Below, piece by piece: positions 41,069 to 50,937 of a stretch of 64,000 nt of DNA. Numbering within the stretch: the first letter of the stretch is position 1; each line of letters starts with the position of its first letter. The notes under the pieces are model-generated. The model made no database searches, was not told the DNA's origin, and was given only the letters and a program-made list of their open reading frames with translations. The DNA comes from an uncultured delta proteobacterium (lineage in GTDB: Bacteria; Desulfobacterota; Binatia; Binatales; Binataceae). The translations under genes and the position numbers were made by a program. Where the stretch lies: assembly GCA_963765675.1 (NCBI GenBank), contig CAVXXK010000014.1, positions 1 through 64,000 on the forward strand, in the 5' to 3' direction.

Positions 41069-42057
41069 CAGGCGGCTTGGGCCGAGAGGCTCGGGTCGAT
41101 TCCGATATCCCGGAGCATCGTCGAGGTGCGCTCGTTCAGGAGTCCGACCTTGCGCAGGTTGGTGACGACGGTGGTATGCATCTCGCGCTTGAAGAGCTTG
41201 CGAAAGAGCGTGTAGTCATTTCCGCGGGCGACTTCTTTGCGCGCGCGCTTGACCTCGCTGATCTCGGCGGCGTTCATCCCGACGGCCTCGTACGCCTCGG
41301 CCGGGAACTGGCCGGTCAGCACGAGCTGAATCGCCTCGCGGGTGAACTCCTCGAGCTCGCGCATGTCGCTGGAGCTGAGGCTATTGATCGCTTCTGGAAG
41401 GCTCAGCACCGAGAAGCCCATGTGGCGGGATTCGTCGGCGAGGATGCGTTTGCAGATGTCGCGCAGGAGCGGGTCTTTGGCGGTCTCGCCGAGCATCCGG
41501 AAGAGCGCGACCGCAAAGGTCTCGGCCAGAAGCTGCAGGCCGACGGTCTTCACGAACCACTTTCCCTGGCCGAGGATATAGTCGAAGAGGGTCTTGATGT
41601 TGCCGGTGATCGGATAGATTCGGCCGCCGCACTTTTCGATCAGGTAGCGGCTCAGGACCTCGGCGTGGCGGGCTTCGTCAACCACCTGGGTCGCCTGGAA
41701 AAATTTCGCGTCGTTGGAGGGAACCATGTCGACCAACTGGCTGCACGCGAGCATCGCACCTTCCTCGCCGTGAAGGAGCTGCGAGAGGCGCCACGACGAG
41801 AATTCGAGATTGAGCTGCGCGAGATTCTTGCGATCGAGCCGGGCGAGCGCGGGAGTGCCGTAGCCGTCGATCAATTCGTCGGCGAAGATGCCGGCGTCGT
41901 AGTCGACCGGTTTGGCCCAGTCGATATCGCGCGCGGCGTTCCACTGGTCGCGCTTTGCGTTTTCATAGAGGCGGCGCAGGTCGGGAGCGTCGACCGCGTA
42001 GGAGCGCTGGAAAACGGTTTCGAGGGTGGTTGTGATTCGCTCGGATATGTCGCTCAT
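41068..42057 (-). CDS. Ferritin-like diiron protein
   Basis: LHGEEGA, QVVDEARH and ADESRH diiron motifs. Confidence 0.85.
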   Translation of the reverse strand: MSDISERITTTLETVFQRSYAVDAPDLRRLYENAKRDQWNAARDIDWAKPVDYDAGIFADELIDGYGTPALARLDRKNLAQLNLEFSSWRLSQLLHGEEGAMLACSQLVDMVPSNDAKFFQATQVVDEARHAEVLSRYLIEKCGGRIYPITGNIKTLFDYILGQGKWFVKTVGLQLLAETFAVALFRMLGETAKDPLLRDICKRILADESRHMGFSVLSLPEAINSLSSSDMRELEEFTREAIQLVLTGQFPAEAYEAVGMNAAEISEVKRARKEVARGNDYTLFRKLFKREMHTTVVTNLRKVGLLNERTSTMLRDIGIDPSLSAQAA

Positions 42058-42203
42058 CGTTAGTACCTCGGGCCGCGATCAGGACGCGCAGATACACCTG
42101 ACCCTAGCAAATTCCGGCTGATTGCGAAAATGCCGAGGGGTCGAAGAATCAGCGGAAAATCACCCAAATGGTAGATATTTCATCGCCACCGCAGCAGAGC
42201 AGC

Positions 42204-42247
42204 ACCCTCACCCGCCGCTTCGCGGCACCCTCTCCCGGAGGAGAGGG
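42204..42247 (+). repeat. CCCTCACCC/CCCTCTCCC element (minimal copy)
   Basis: CCCTCACCCGCCGCTTCGCGGCACCCTCTCCCGGAGGAGAGGG. Confidence 0.65.
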
Positions 42248-42326
42248 AATAGATGAATAGATAAAGAGGTGGAGTCGGCGCGGTTGCTTGACTGTGCGGG
42301 CGCAAACATAAATGCTTGCAGGTTGC

Positions 42327-42417
42327 GGAGAGGTTCGGGAGTCTGGCTGAACCGGCGTGACTCGAAATCACGTGAGCCCTAGTGGTTCCGGGGGTTCGAA
42401 TCCCCCCCTCTCCGCCA
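42327..42417 (+). tRNA. tRNA-Ser (anticodon CGA)
   Basis: Acceptor GGAGAGG/CCTCTCC, anticodon arm CGTGA-CTCGAAA-TCACG, long variable arm, GGTTCGAATCC T-arm, discriminator G + CCA. Confidence 0.95.
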
Positions 42418-42796
42418 AGCAATCTGTAATCTTCATCTACAATCTGGAGAAGGCGGCAATTCCACGCAGGGCGTGGCGCTTTTGTGCTCCAAGCGCGCCG
42501 GAGAGAGCACGCTCAGGCCGGATCCGCTCGAATTGACAGCAGGAGATTTTCCGTTATCGAACTCAGCTAGTGTTCGAAGTTTCGCTACTGTTCGTTCTCT
42601 TCTCTCTTTCCCTGTCCCGTGTCTGCTTTATCCGCCTTCTCAGTTACAAGGTACGGGTTAGCTGGGCTCAGATGGCTTGAAACTGCAGTTTTCGCTCGCG
42701 GGTTGTTGAATAGGGAAAGCTCGTGACTTTGCGTTTGCGGTGAGCGCAGACGCATAATCGGTTTGCGAACCGGCCATCCCTCCAAGGAGAACGAAC

Positions 42797-43891
42797 ATGG
42801 CAATCGCCCTGACGCATAGCGGCACCTCGGTTTACTCCTCTGTTTCTCCGTCGCGCGAGCTTCTGGTCGGCACCGCCGACGGCATCGTGACGCTCGAACG
42901 CACGCAAGCGCTTCGCGGCTGGCGGGTCGGCACGCGAGCGCTGAAGGGCTCGCACATCAGCTCGATGATCATTGCGCAGCCTGACGTGATGCTCGCGGCG
43001 ATTTACCACGGCGGCGTCATGATGAGCCGCGACAGTGGCAAAAGCTGGGAGCGTCGCGACAACGGAATCGCGCACAACGACGTGTACAGTCTCGGCGCCA
43101 CGATGCTGAACGGGAGGCTGAGGCTGTTCGCAGGGACTGAACCGGCCCACTTCTACCTGAGCGACGACCTCGGCGCGAACTGGCGCGAGTCCCCCTCGCT
43201 CAGGGCCGGCGCAGGCGTCGCGCGCTGGACCTTCCCGGGGCCGCCTCACAAGGCGCATGTCAAGGTGATCACGGTCGCGCCCGACGATCCCGCGACCGTT
43301 TACGCAAGCATCGAGCAGGGAGATCTGCTGAGAAGCACCGATGCGGGCGAGACTTGGCAGGAGATTTCCGGCTTCGACGAGGGCTTTGACTTCGACGTGC
43401 ATCGGCTCGTGATCCATCCGAAGAGTCCGTCAAGGCTCTACATGATGGGCGGCACCGGCCTGTGCGTCAGCGACGACCGCGGGACGAGTTGGGTCCGCTA
43501 CAGCGATACGAAATCGCCCATCGGCGGCTATCCGGACCAGCTCACGTATCTGCCAAGCCACGCCGACGTGCTGCTCGCGTCGGGCGCGCGCGGCAATCCG
43601 TTCACCTGGATGCAGACCGGGTTCGCCGGCTCGCGAATCGGACTCAGCCGCGACCGGGGCCGCACCTGGCAGATACTCGGTGGCGGCCTGCCCGCGCCCG
43701 ACCAGTGGCGCTCCGCGATCGAGGCGATGACGCTTGAGGAATGCGGCACCTCATTTTCGGCATTCGTCGGCACAACCTCCGGCGAGGTCTTCGCAACCGA
43801 CGACAGCGGCGACAGCTGGGCGCTGATCGCAAGCGGCCTCGCGCCAATCTCAAAGGGCTTGCACTACATGGTTCTCAATCGCGCCGCGTGA
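42797..43891 (+). CDS. BNR/Asp-box beta-propeller protein
   Basis: Repeated SxDxGxxW boxes; AGTEPAH and PPHKAHVK; AAGGAG RBS. Confidence 0.85.
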   Translation: MAIALTHSGTSVYSSVSPSRELLVGTADGIVTLERTQALRGWRVGTRALKGSHISSMIIAQPDVMLAAIYHGGVMMSRDSGKSWERRDNGIAHNDVYSLGATMLNGRLRLFAGTEPAHFYLSDDLGANWRESPSLRAGAGVARWTFPGPPHKAHVKVITVAPDDPATVYASIEQGDLLRSTDAGETWQEISGFDEGFDFDVHRLVIHPKSPSRLYMMGGTGLCVSDDRGTSWVRYSDTKSPIGGYPDQLTYLPSHADVLLASGARGNPFTWMQTGFAGSRIGLSRDRGRTWQILGGGLPAPDQWRSAIEAMTLEECGTSFSAFVGTTSGEVFATDDSGDSWALIASGLAPISKGLHYMVLNRAA

Positions 43892-44121
43892 AGTGTTGCG
43901 ACCAGGAGCAGTTGGATTAATAGACGCCGCCGCGCGCGAGGGCTCCCGGTGATTTTGAATTTTTTCGCTCCGACACGGCGCGCTACGCTTCTTCGGAGTC
44001 GTAGATCGGCGATAAAAACAGGTCCGATACCCGACACCGCAAGAACCAGTCGATCGACCCGAGAACCTATCTGTTGAGGATGCGGAGCGTGACGCTGCGT
44101 TAGGAGAACACCACCGTGGCC

Positions 44122-44258
44122 GGAATCGGTGTGGTGGTAATCACCGCTTTCGCCTCATTTGAAACAGCAGTGGAAGCAATGAGGATGCTGTCGACTACCT
44201 ACCTAAGCCGTTCACTCCCGAACAGGTACGGCACGCCGCGCGCAGGGTCGTCGAGGCA
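44122..44258 (+). pseudogene. Relic of a response-regulator receiver domain (NtrC/AlgB-like)
   Basis: VVVITAFASFETAVEAMR then, in a shifted frame, AVDYLPKPFTPEQVRHAARRV. Confidence 0.65.
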
Positions 44259-44361
44259 AGTGCGCCGGCACAGTTAGACCGCCGACCAATAAATACAATA
44301 CGCCATAAGGTATGCAATTTTGAGTGAGGGCAATTGTGTCCTCAGTCTGCCCCTAGTCTGC

Positions 44362-44408
44362 TTGACACTGGCGTTAGTGGTGGTGTATTACCATATCCCC
44401 TAGGGTAT
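44362..44408 (+). promoter_or_regulatory. Sigma-70 promoter with CsoR/RcnR-type operator
   Basis: TTGACA at 44362; imperfect inverted repeat ATATCCCCTAGGGTAT (44393-44408) with C/G tracts, just before GGAGG. Confidence 0.6.
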
Positions 44409-44430
44409 TTGGAGGAGGACGGGATTGGTT

Positions 44431-44706
44431 ATGGCTCACACGATCAAAGAGAAGATCAAGCTTCTAAATCGAGTGCGACGAGTTCGCGGTCAGGTCGAGG
44501 CACTTGAGCGCGCAGTGGAGGAAGAACGCGGCTGCGCCGATGTACTCCATCTCGTCGTCGCGGCGCGTGGCGCGATGAACAGCTTGATGGCGGAGATCAT
44601 TGAGGATCACATCCGGATGCATGTCGTCGATCCGGATCATGAACGCGGCTCCCGCGCCAAGGGCGCGGAAGAGCTGATCGAGATTGTTCAGGCGTACCTG
44701 AAGTAA
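44431..44706 (+). CDS. CsoR/RcnR/FrmR family repressor (RcnR-like)
   Basis: MAHT..NRVRRVRGQVEAL..C35..EDHIRMH gives His3/Cys35/His60/His64. Confidence 0.9.
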   Translation: MAHTIKEKIKLLNRVRRVRGQVEALERAVEEERGCADVLHLVVAARGAMNSLMAEIIEDHIRMHVVDPDHERGSRAKGAEELIEIVQAYLK

Positions 44707-44720
44707 CTGAGGGCCCGTTC

Positions 44721-46688
44721 ATGATCCGCCGGGAGCGAATCGAAACTCCGAGTCTGGTCGATCAGGCGCAAAGTGGGACGACTGCACCGTCCGTTGCAGA
44801 GCGCTACCAGGCCCTCAGCCGGATCGAGGCGGCGCGAATCATCATCGTTGCCCTTGCCGCGGCCGCCGTATGGTTCCACGTATGGGAACCGCTGCCGAGG
44901 GTCGGCCTGATAGGCGTAGTGGGACTTCTGATCGGCGGTTGGCCAATCTTCAAGGAAGCGGCCGAGAATGCGGCGGCACGGCGGATGACTATGGAGTTGT
45001 CCATGAGCATCGCGATCATCGCGGCGGCCGGCATCTCCCAGTTCTTCACCGCGCTCATCATCACACTGTTTGTTCTTGTGGCCGAGGTGCTCGAGGGGAT
45101 GACCGTTTCTCGGGGCCGGCGGGCCATCCGGGATTTGATGGACTTCATCCCCCGTTCCGTCACGATTCGCGGCGCCAGCGGCGTGCGCGAGGCATCCGCC
45201 GACGAGCTGCGCATCGGCGATTCCGTACTCGTCAACCCCGGCGGTCTGGTGCCAATCGACGGTACGGTGACAAGCGGCCATTCATTTGTTGGCCAAGCCC
45301 GGATTACGGGCGAGTCGATGCCGGTTGAGAAGCTACCCGGATCGGTTGTGTATGCCGGAACGATCAACCAATCAGGCGCGCTAGAGATCCGGGTCGAACG
45401 GATCGGGCGCGATACCAGCTACGGCAGGATTATCGAAGCGGTCGAGCATGCCGAGCGATCGCGCGCGCCCGTGCAGCAGTTGGCAGATCGCCTTGCCGGA
45501 TACCTGGTCTATTTCGCTCTCGCCGCCGCTACGGTCACGTTCCTTTTAACCCGAGACGCGCGTTCCACCATCTCGGTAATAATCGTTGCGGGCGCGTGTG
45601 GCATTGCTGCTGGCACGCCACTGGCGATCCTTGGAGGCATCGGTCGCTCGGCGCGTCTTGGCGCGATCATCAAAGGCGGCCTCTATTTGGAGACTCTGGG
45701 TAAGGTGAATACTGTCGTCCTCGACAAGACCGGTACACTCACCTTCGGTCGAGCCGAAGTGCTGGCGATCGTTCCGGCAGATGGTGTATCGGAAGTCGAA
45801 GTCCTGGACGCCGCGGCGTCGGCAGAGATGCGCTCCGAGCATCCGCTGGGCAAAGCGATGATCAACCTTGCGTCGGCGAAGAACCGTTCTCTCGATGAGC
45901 CCGAGCGTTTTGACTACCTACCCGGCCGCGGCATCACCGCTGTGGTTGGCGGAGTAACGATCCTCATCGGCAATCGGGGACTCCTGAGCGATCATGCGAT
46001 CGAGGTGCCGCGCGACTTTGCTACCTGCCAGGACGCCTCATCGGAAGTCCTCGTAGCTCGCGACGGACGCTTTTTCGGAGCGATCGTAATAGCAGACACC
46101 GTGCGGCCAGAGGCGCGGCGCGCCATCGAAGCGTTGAATCAGATGGGCATTCGGAGCGTTCTGCTGACCGGAGATACCAAGCCGGTCGCCGACATGGTCG
46201 CCCGCGAACTCGGAATCAGTGAAGTCCAAGCCAACATGCTGCCGGAGATGAAGCTCGAGCGAATCAAAAGTCTCGTGACGGCCGGGCGCGTCGTTGCGAT
46301 GGTGGGCGACGGCATAAACGATGCTCCCGCTTTGGCGGAAGCGAACGTAGGCGTTGCGATGGGCTCGGGGACCGACGTCGCTCGCGAGAGTGCAGATGTT
46401 GTGCTGCTCGGCAACGACTTGTTGAAATTCACTGAGACGCTCGCGATTGCGCGCTGGACTCGCCGGATCATCTGGTGGAATTTCGCGGGCACAATCGGAG
46501 TCGACATGGTCGGCATGGCGCTCGCGTCCGTAGGCCTGCTGAATCCGCCACTCGCCGCTTTCATTCACGTTACATCCGAGTTGGCCTTCATCCTTAATTC
46601 GGCGCGGCTGCTGCCACGCTCGGAGCCGAGCAGGAAGCCCGGGATGGGTGATGAAGCACGGGAGAATACCCTCGCGAAGGCCGCGTAG
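44721..46688 (+). CDS. Heavy-metal P1B-type ATPase with atypical TM motif
   Basis: TGES, DKTGTLT, SEHPL, GDGINDAP; GACGIAAGTP at the CPx position. Confidence 0.9.
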   Translation: MIRRERIETPSLVDQAQSGTTAPSVAERYQALSRIEAARIIIVALAAAAVWFHVWEPLPRVGLIGVVGLLIGGWPIFKEAAENAAARRMTMELSMSIAIIAAAGISQFFTALIITLFVLVAEVLEGMTVSRGRRAIRDLMDFIPRSVTIRGASGVREASADELRIGDSVLVNPGGLVPIDGTVTSGHSFVGQARITGESMPVEKLPGSVVYAGTINQSGALEIRVERIGRDTSYGRIIEAVEHAERSRAPVQQLADRLAGYLVYFALAAATVTFLLTRDARSTISVIIVAGACGIAAGTPLAILGGIGRSARLGAIIKGGLYLETLGKVNTVVLDKTGTLTFGRAEVLAIVPADGVSEVEVLDAAASAEMRSEHPLGKAMINLASAKNRSLDEPERFDYLPGRGITAVVGGVTILIGNRGLLSDHAIEVPRDFATCQDASSEVLVARDGRFFGAIVIADTVRPEARRAIEALNQMGIRSVLLTGDTKPVADMVARELGISEVQANMLPEMKLERIKSLVTAGRVVAMVGDGINDAPALAEANVGVAMGSGTDVARESADVVLLGNDLLKFTETLAIARWTRRIIWWNFAGTIGVDMVGMALASVGLLNPPLAAFIHVTSELAFILNSARLLPRSEPSRKPGMGDEARENTLAKAA

Positions 46689-46713
46689 GTCATCATCATC
46701 CAGGAGTTCGGCC

Positions 46714-47397
46714 ATGGAACATACTCACAAAAAGCTTGACCTGGAACTTTCCGATCTGCGAACAAAGCTCAGCCAAATGGGAGACATGGTCATCGCGCAG
46801 ATCGACCGCGCGCTCGGATGTTTGAGCGAACATGATGTTCGCGGCACCCACGTAATCATACAGCGCGACATCAACGTGAACCGAATGGATATTGACCTGG
46901 ACGAAATGTGTTTGCAGCTCCTGGCGCTTCATCAGCCGGTGGCCGGAGACCTTAGGCTCATAACTGCGGTTATGAAGATTACAACGGAACTGGAGCGAAT
47001 TGGCGATCGAGTGGTCAACATTTGCGAGGCTGTTCACGATCGCGACGAGCGCGATCCGGTAATGTCTCATGCTGAAGTCTCGCAAATGGGGGCGCTCTCG
47101 CTCGCGATGGTCCGCGGCAGCCTGACCGCCTTTTCCCGAGCGGACAGTTCGGTCGCCAAACGGGTGTTTGAGAAGGACAAGGAGTTTGACGCGCTCTATG
47201 GTGCGGTGTTTGCAAAGCTCACCTCGATGGCAAAAGATCCAGATCGAGTCGCGCACGATACAAAACTGGCCTTCCTGTCAAAGGACTTGAATGAAATCTC
47301 AGAGCACGCGACCAATATTGCTGAACTTGTGATGTTTATGGTTGACGGCAAAGAGATTAGTCATATGGACATGCACGAGCGGCGGGTGACTCGGTAA
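46714..47397 (+). CDS. phoU: PhoU family protein
   Basis: LALHQPVAGDLR, ELERIGD and EHATNIAE motifs. Confidence 0.85.
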   Translation: MEHTHKKLDLELSDLRTKLSQMGDMVIAQIDRALGCLSEHDVRGTHVIIQRDINVNRMDIDLDEMCLQLLALHQPVAGDLRLITAVMKITTELERIGDRVVNICEAVHDRDERDPVMSHAEVSQMGALSLAMVRGSLTAFSRADSSVAKRVFEKDKEFDALYGAVFAKLTSMAKDPDRVAHDTKLAFLSKDLNEISEHATNIAELVMFMVDGKEISHMDMHERRVTR

Positions 47398-47520
47398 GGG
47401 GTGTGCGAAGGATGCCATCAGTCGAAGCAGAGACCGTCATCGTTTTCGGATAGGCGCGCCGAGACATTCGATTGACCAACTCGAAAGTTCTGATCGTTTA
47501 ACTGCGAGGAAACAGCAGCC

Positions 47521-47736
47521 ATGCAGACGACAGAGGTTGAGGCCAAGGCGGCAGTCGCGATGCTACGAGAGGGGCTTCGAGACTTCGACCTTCAACGGGT
47601 CGCTAAGGCCTCGACCGCGTTGGTCAGAACGGGGGTTTTGGCGGCGAATCACGGAATAGAACTGTCCAACACGGTCGGGATCCTGAGGCACATTTTCCAT
47701 GACATCGAAGACTGGGAGCGCCGCAATCCATCTTAA
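47521..47736 (+). CDS. Small hypothetical protein
   Basis: GAGG upstream of the ATG, 71-aa ORF, no motif recognised. Confidence 0.35.
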   Translation: MQTTEVEAKAAVAMLREGLRDFDLQRVAKASTALVRTGVLAANHGIELSNTVGILRHIFHDIEDWERRNPS

Positions 47737-47855
47737 GTGTTGTCAACCCGACACAAGTAGTGGTGACAGCTAAATGGCGGGCTCCATCATCAATACGTCC
47801 GGCTTTAGGTTTTGACTAGGCACAGGGTGGAACCACGAGGTTCGTAAGGATCACG

Positions 47856-48629
47856 ATGGGCCGAGCGATACTTCCGCTATCGGTCTGCATTATCGCGTTG
47901 CTCGCGGCTGCGCGTCCATCGCACGCGATCGACTTCTACGAAATCGAGATTTACGACACGGACACGACGCCGGCCGGTCATCTTCAGCTCGAACTGCATT
48001 CGAACACTACGTCAACGGCGACCGGGCAGTTGGCGAAAAGCCAGATGGACGTTTACCAGGTACACGAGACGGTCGAGGGCACGTACGGAGTCCTGCGCTG
48101 GCTCGAGGTCGGGCAGTATTTCTGCACCGCGAAGCTCTCCAACGGCAATTACGAATATTCGGGCTCACGCACGAAGGTCCATTTTGGTGTCCCGCAGACG
48201 TTCGAGTGGCCGGTGCAATTCGGCGGCAATATCGAGCTCGACTACATGCGGCACGCGGCCGAGGAAAATCCGACGACGCTGGAGCTGCGACCGATCGCCG
48301 GTGCGAATTACAAGAATTTCCGGCTGGTGGGGAACTTCGCGTTCGAGGACCCATTCAGCGGTCCGGGTGCCCATCACGGTTTTCAATTCGATCCTTCGGG
48401 GATGCTGGTTTACAAGCTCAACGACTGGCTTTCACCGGCGCTTGAATACTACGGCGACATGGGCTCGATTCAACCGCTGGCGAAAGTACAGGAGCAGCAG
48501 CATTTTATCGTGCCAGCGATGAATTTCGATTTCCTTCCACAGCTCGAGCTCAACCTCGGCGTCGGAATCGGATTGACTCGCGCGAGTAACGGGATATTCC
48601 TGAAATCGATTGTCGGCTGGACGTTTTAG
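47856..48629 (+). CDS. Putative outer-membrane beta-barrel protein
   Basis: Signal peptide ending SHA; YEIEIY..LELHSN; alternating beta strands; C-terminal aromatic (GWTF). Confidence 0.7.
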   Translation: MGRAILPLSVCIIALLAAARPSHAIDFYEIEIYDTDTTPAGHLQLELHSNTTSTATGQLAKSQMDVYQVHETVEGTYGVLRWLEVGQYFCTAKLSNGNYEYSGSRTKVHFGVPQTFEWPVQFGGNIELDYMRHAAEENPTTLELRPIAGANYKNFRLVGNFAFEDPFSGPGAHHGFQFDPSGMLVYKLNDWLSPALEYYGDMGSIQPLAKVQEQQHFIVPAMNFDFLPQLELNLGVGIGLTRASNGIFLKSIVGWTF

Positions 48630-48943
48630 GCACCGCGCCTTTTTGATGGCATCACGATTAACAAGTATTGCGGATGGGCTGCACTCTGAGCTCGCTAAGT
48701 CTACGATGTTCTCTGGAGACCCTAACGAGGGTCAATCTAATTGCCTTGACCGTTGCGAGAACCCCGCTCATACTTAAAACGTAGGGTTCGAGAACAATCT
48801 CGAATGCCGGATAGATCGAATTCGACGGTGGTCCTTCCAATAGCCTTTGGCCACTGGTTCCTATACAAGCTACATTTTAGACTTGCAAAGGCCCGGAGAG
48901 TTTCTTCCGACGCATTGAGCGTTTCGGAAAGACGAGCGTTGTT

Positions 48944-49825
48944 ATGCGCGAAGAGATTAGCGGGCCTTATTTGCAGCACATCATCGACGCGGCGCACCGG
49001 AAGTCCTTCGATCCTCACAAGGATATCGATTGGAGCATCCCTTTCGACTGCTCATATTTCTACATGCCCCAGGACATGGTGTCTCTTTACGGAACACCGC
49101 TGTGGGATCAAATGACTCATGAACAGCGAGTAAAGCTTTCAATGCACGAGGCATGCAGCGCTTTCGCGGGCCTGATCTGGTTTGAAAACCAGCTTTCCTT
49201 CAAGCTGATGGATTATCTGATCGACGAAAGCCCGCTCGAGCCTGAATTCTACTGGATGCAGATAGAGGTGGCCGACGAGTGCCGCCATTCGATGATGTTC
49301 GGCGAAGCTATCAAGCGTTGCGGCGTTCCCTGGTACAAGCCGCGCTATTCGAGCCTGATCGCGTTTTTTACCAAGTACCTGACTTCAAGGGTCGGAATGA
49401 TGCTGAGTGCGCTGGCCGCCGAAGACGTCACCGGTTATCTGCACAGCCGCACCGAGCGGGATCCGGAGTGCCACCCTGTGATGCGCGAGCTGTCGAGAAT
49501 TCATATTCTCGAGGAAGCGAGGCATCGTGGCTATGCTCATGAATATCTCCGTCAGAGCTGGCCGCACGTAGGAATGTTCCAGCGCTCGATGATCCGACGC
49601 TACGGATTGCTCTCGACCCGGATCATCATCAGACAATTGGTGCACCCCGACATCTACAAAAACCTCGGCTTGCCGAAAGAAGCACTTGAGATGGCAAAGC
49701 ACAATCCCCATCGCGCACACATCAAGCGCGAGATGTCGGCGCAACTAGTCGAGTTCCTGATCAATACCGATATCGTCGATCAGATTGCCGTGCCGAAATG
49801 GCGCGCGGCCGGCCTGATGGCATGA
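48944..49825 (+). CDS. AurF-like diiron oxygenase
   Basis: SFDPHKDIDW, IWFEN, ADECRHSMMF, AAED and IHILEEARH motifs. Confidence 0.85.
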   Translation: MREEISGPYLQHIIDAAHRKSFDPHKDIDWSIPFDCSYFYMPQDMVSLYGTPLWDQMTHEQRVKLSMHEACSAFAGLIWFENQLSFKLMDYLIDESPLEPEFYWMQIEVADECRHSMMFGEAIKRCGVPWYKPRYSSLIAFFTKYLTSRVGMMLSALAAEDVTGYLHSRTERDPECHPVMRELSRIHILEEARHRGYAHEYLRQSWPHVGMFQRSMIRRYGLLSTRIIIRQLVHPDIYKNLGLPKEALEMAKHNPHRAHIKREMSAQLVEFLINTDIVDQIAVPKWRAAGLMA

Positions 49826-49925
49826 TTTCTCCGTCTCAGCGGTTTAGTAAGGCATTGGATGTATAAATTTATGCCCCGGGTGCGTTGTTGTCTCTGTTTG
49901 GGTAGAGGCGCCCCGAAATCCAGAA

Positions 49926-50896
49926 TGAGTACTTCATCGTCTCGAGTCTGGATTCTCACCCCTTCGCTGATAATGCTCCTGACGGTTCCAGCTTTTTGGC
50001 CTGCTGTTGGACGCACGGACGCTGTTCTTTCTTCCGGTACAGAGTCGAGTGCGGGCGGCGCAACTGATGCCTGGCTAGTGAATCGCGGTCTTATCGCTCG
50101 CGGGCTGGTCGCAGAACAGTCCAGCAATGATGCAATTTCACCGCCGACCGGTACCGAGGTCAACGAAACCCGGCAAACCGAAAACCGTACCGGCGAGGTT
50201 CTGAACCGAGTCACGTCGTGGAACGAAACCGCCGCCGACGACATGGTTCATTTCGAAGTGACCACCTTATCCTCCGATCAGTTCGAAGTCGCTTTCTGGC
50301 TATTTCCGAATCATCGTAAGGGCTGCACGCTATATCAATGGACGCTTTACGATCATGGCCGCGCGCTGCAAAGCGCGTTCTGGCGGAACGATGCGGCGGT
50401 ACTTCGCTTGGCCGGCGCCGCGGATCTGCCGCCGGATTTGTATCCGGACTCAGTTCCCTGGATCGCGTTCCTACGCGTGCTTGATGCACCGCGCGACGGC
50501 GGCGAAGGTATGCTTCATCAACAGATCACACCGTACAGCTATGTAGGTCAGCAGGTGTGGGCCAAAGGCCCCGAGGAAATCAGCGTACCGGCAGGCACTT
50601 TCTCCGCGCTTGCCGTGACCGCACAAGTGGACGTTGCCACGGTAATGCCGAACTGGCCGCGCTTCGTCCTGCACGTCATCGAACCTGTCGTACCCAAAAA
50701 TACGCTCTACTTCGAGGCGACGCCGCCCTACCGGTTGCTCAAGCAGGAGGGCACCACGTTTGTCGGCGGTCCCGAAGTAACCACGGAACTGATTCGCACC
50801 TATATCGCTGGCACGCGACCGGTCGTGGCCGCCGCTCCTCAAACTAAGTTGTTGGATGCGCCGCCCGGATTCGCTAGTTCACCGATTATCAGGTGA
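49926..50896 (+). CDS. Hypothetical beta-rich protein
   Basis: Long ORF downstream of the AurF-like gene; EEISVPAGTF motif common in exported lipid-handling folds; start uncertain. Confidence 0.6.
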
Positions 50897-50937
50897 CGGA
50901 AAGACAGCGATCGCGACCTGTTTCCATCCGGCCAGGC

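Noticed and set aside
42327-42417. Selenocysteine or suppressor tRNA
   Set aside because: Anticodon is CGA with a normal 7-bp acceptor stem, so ordinary tRNA-Ser
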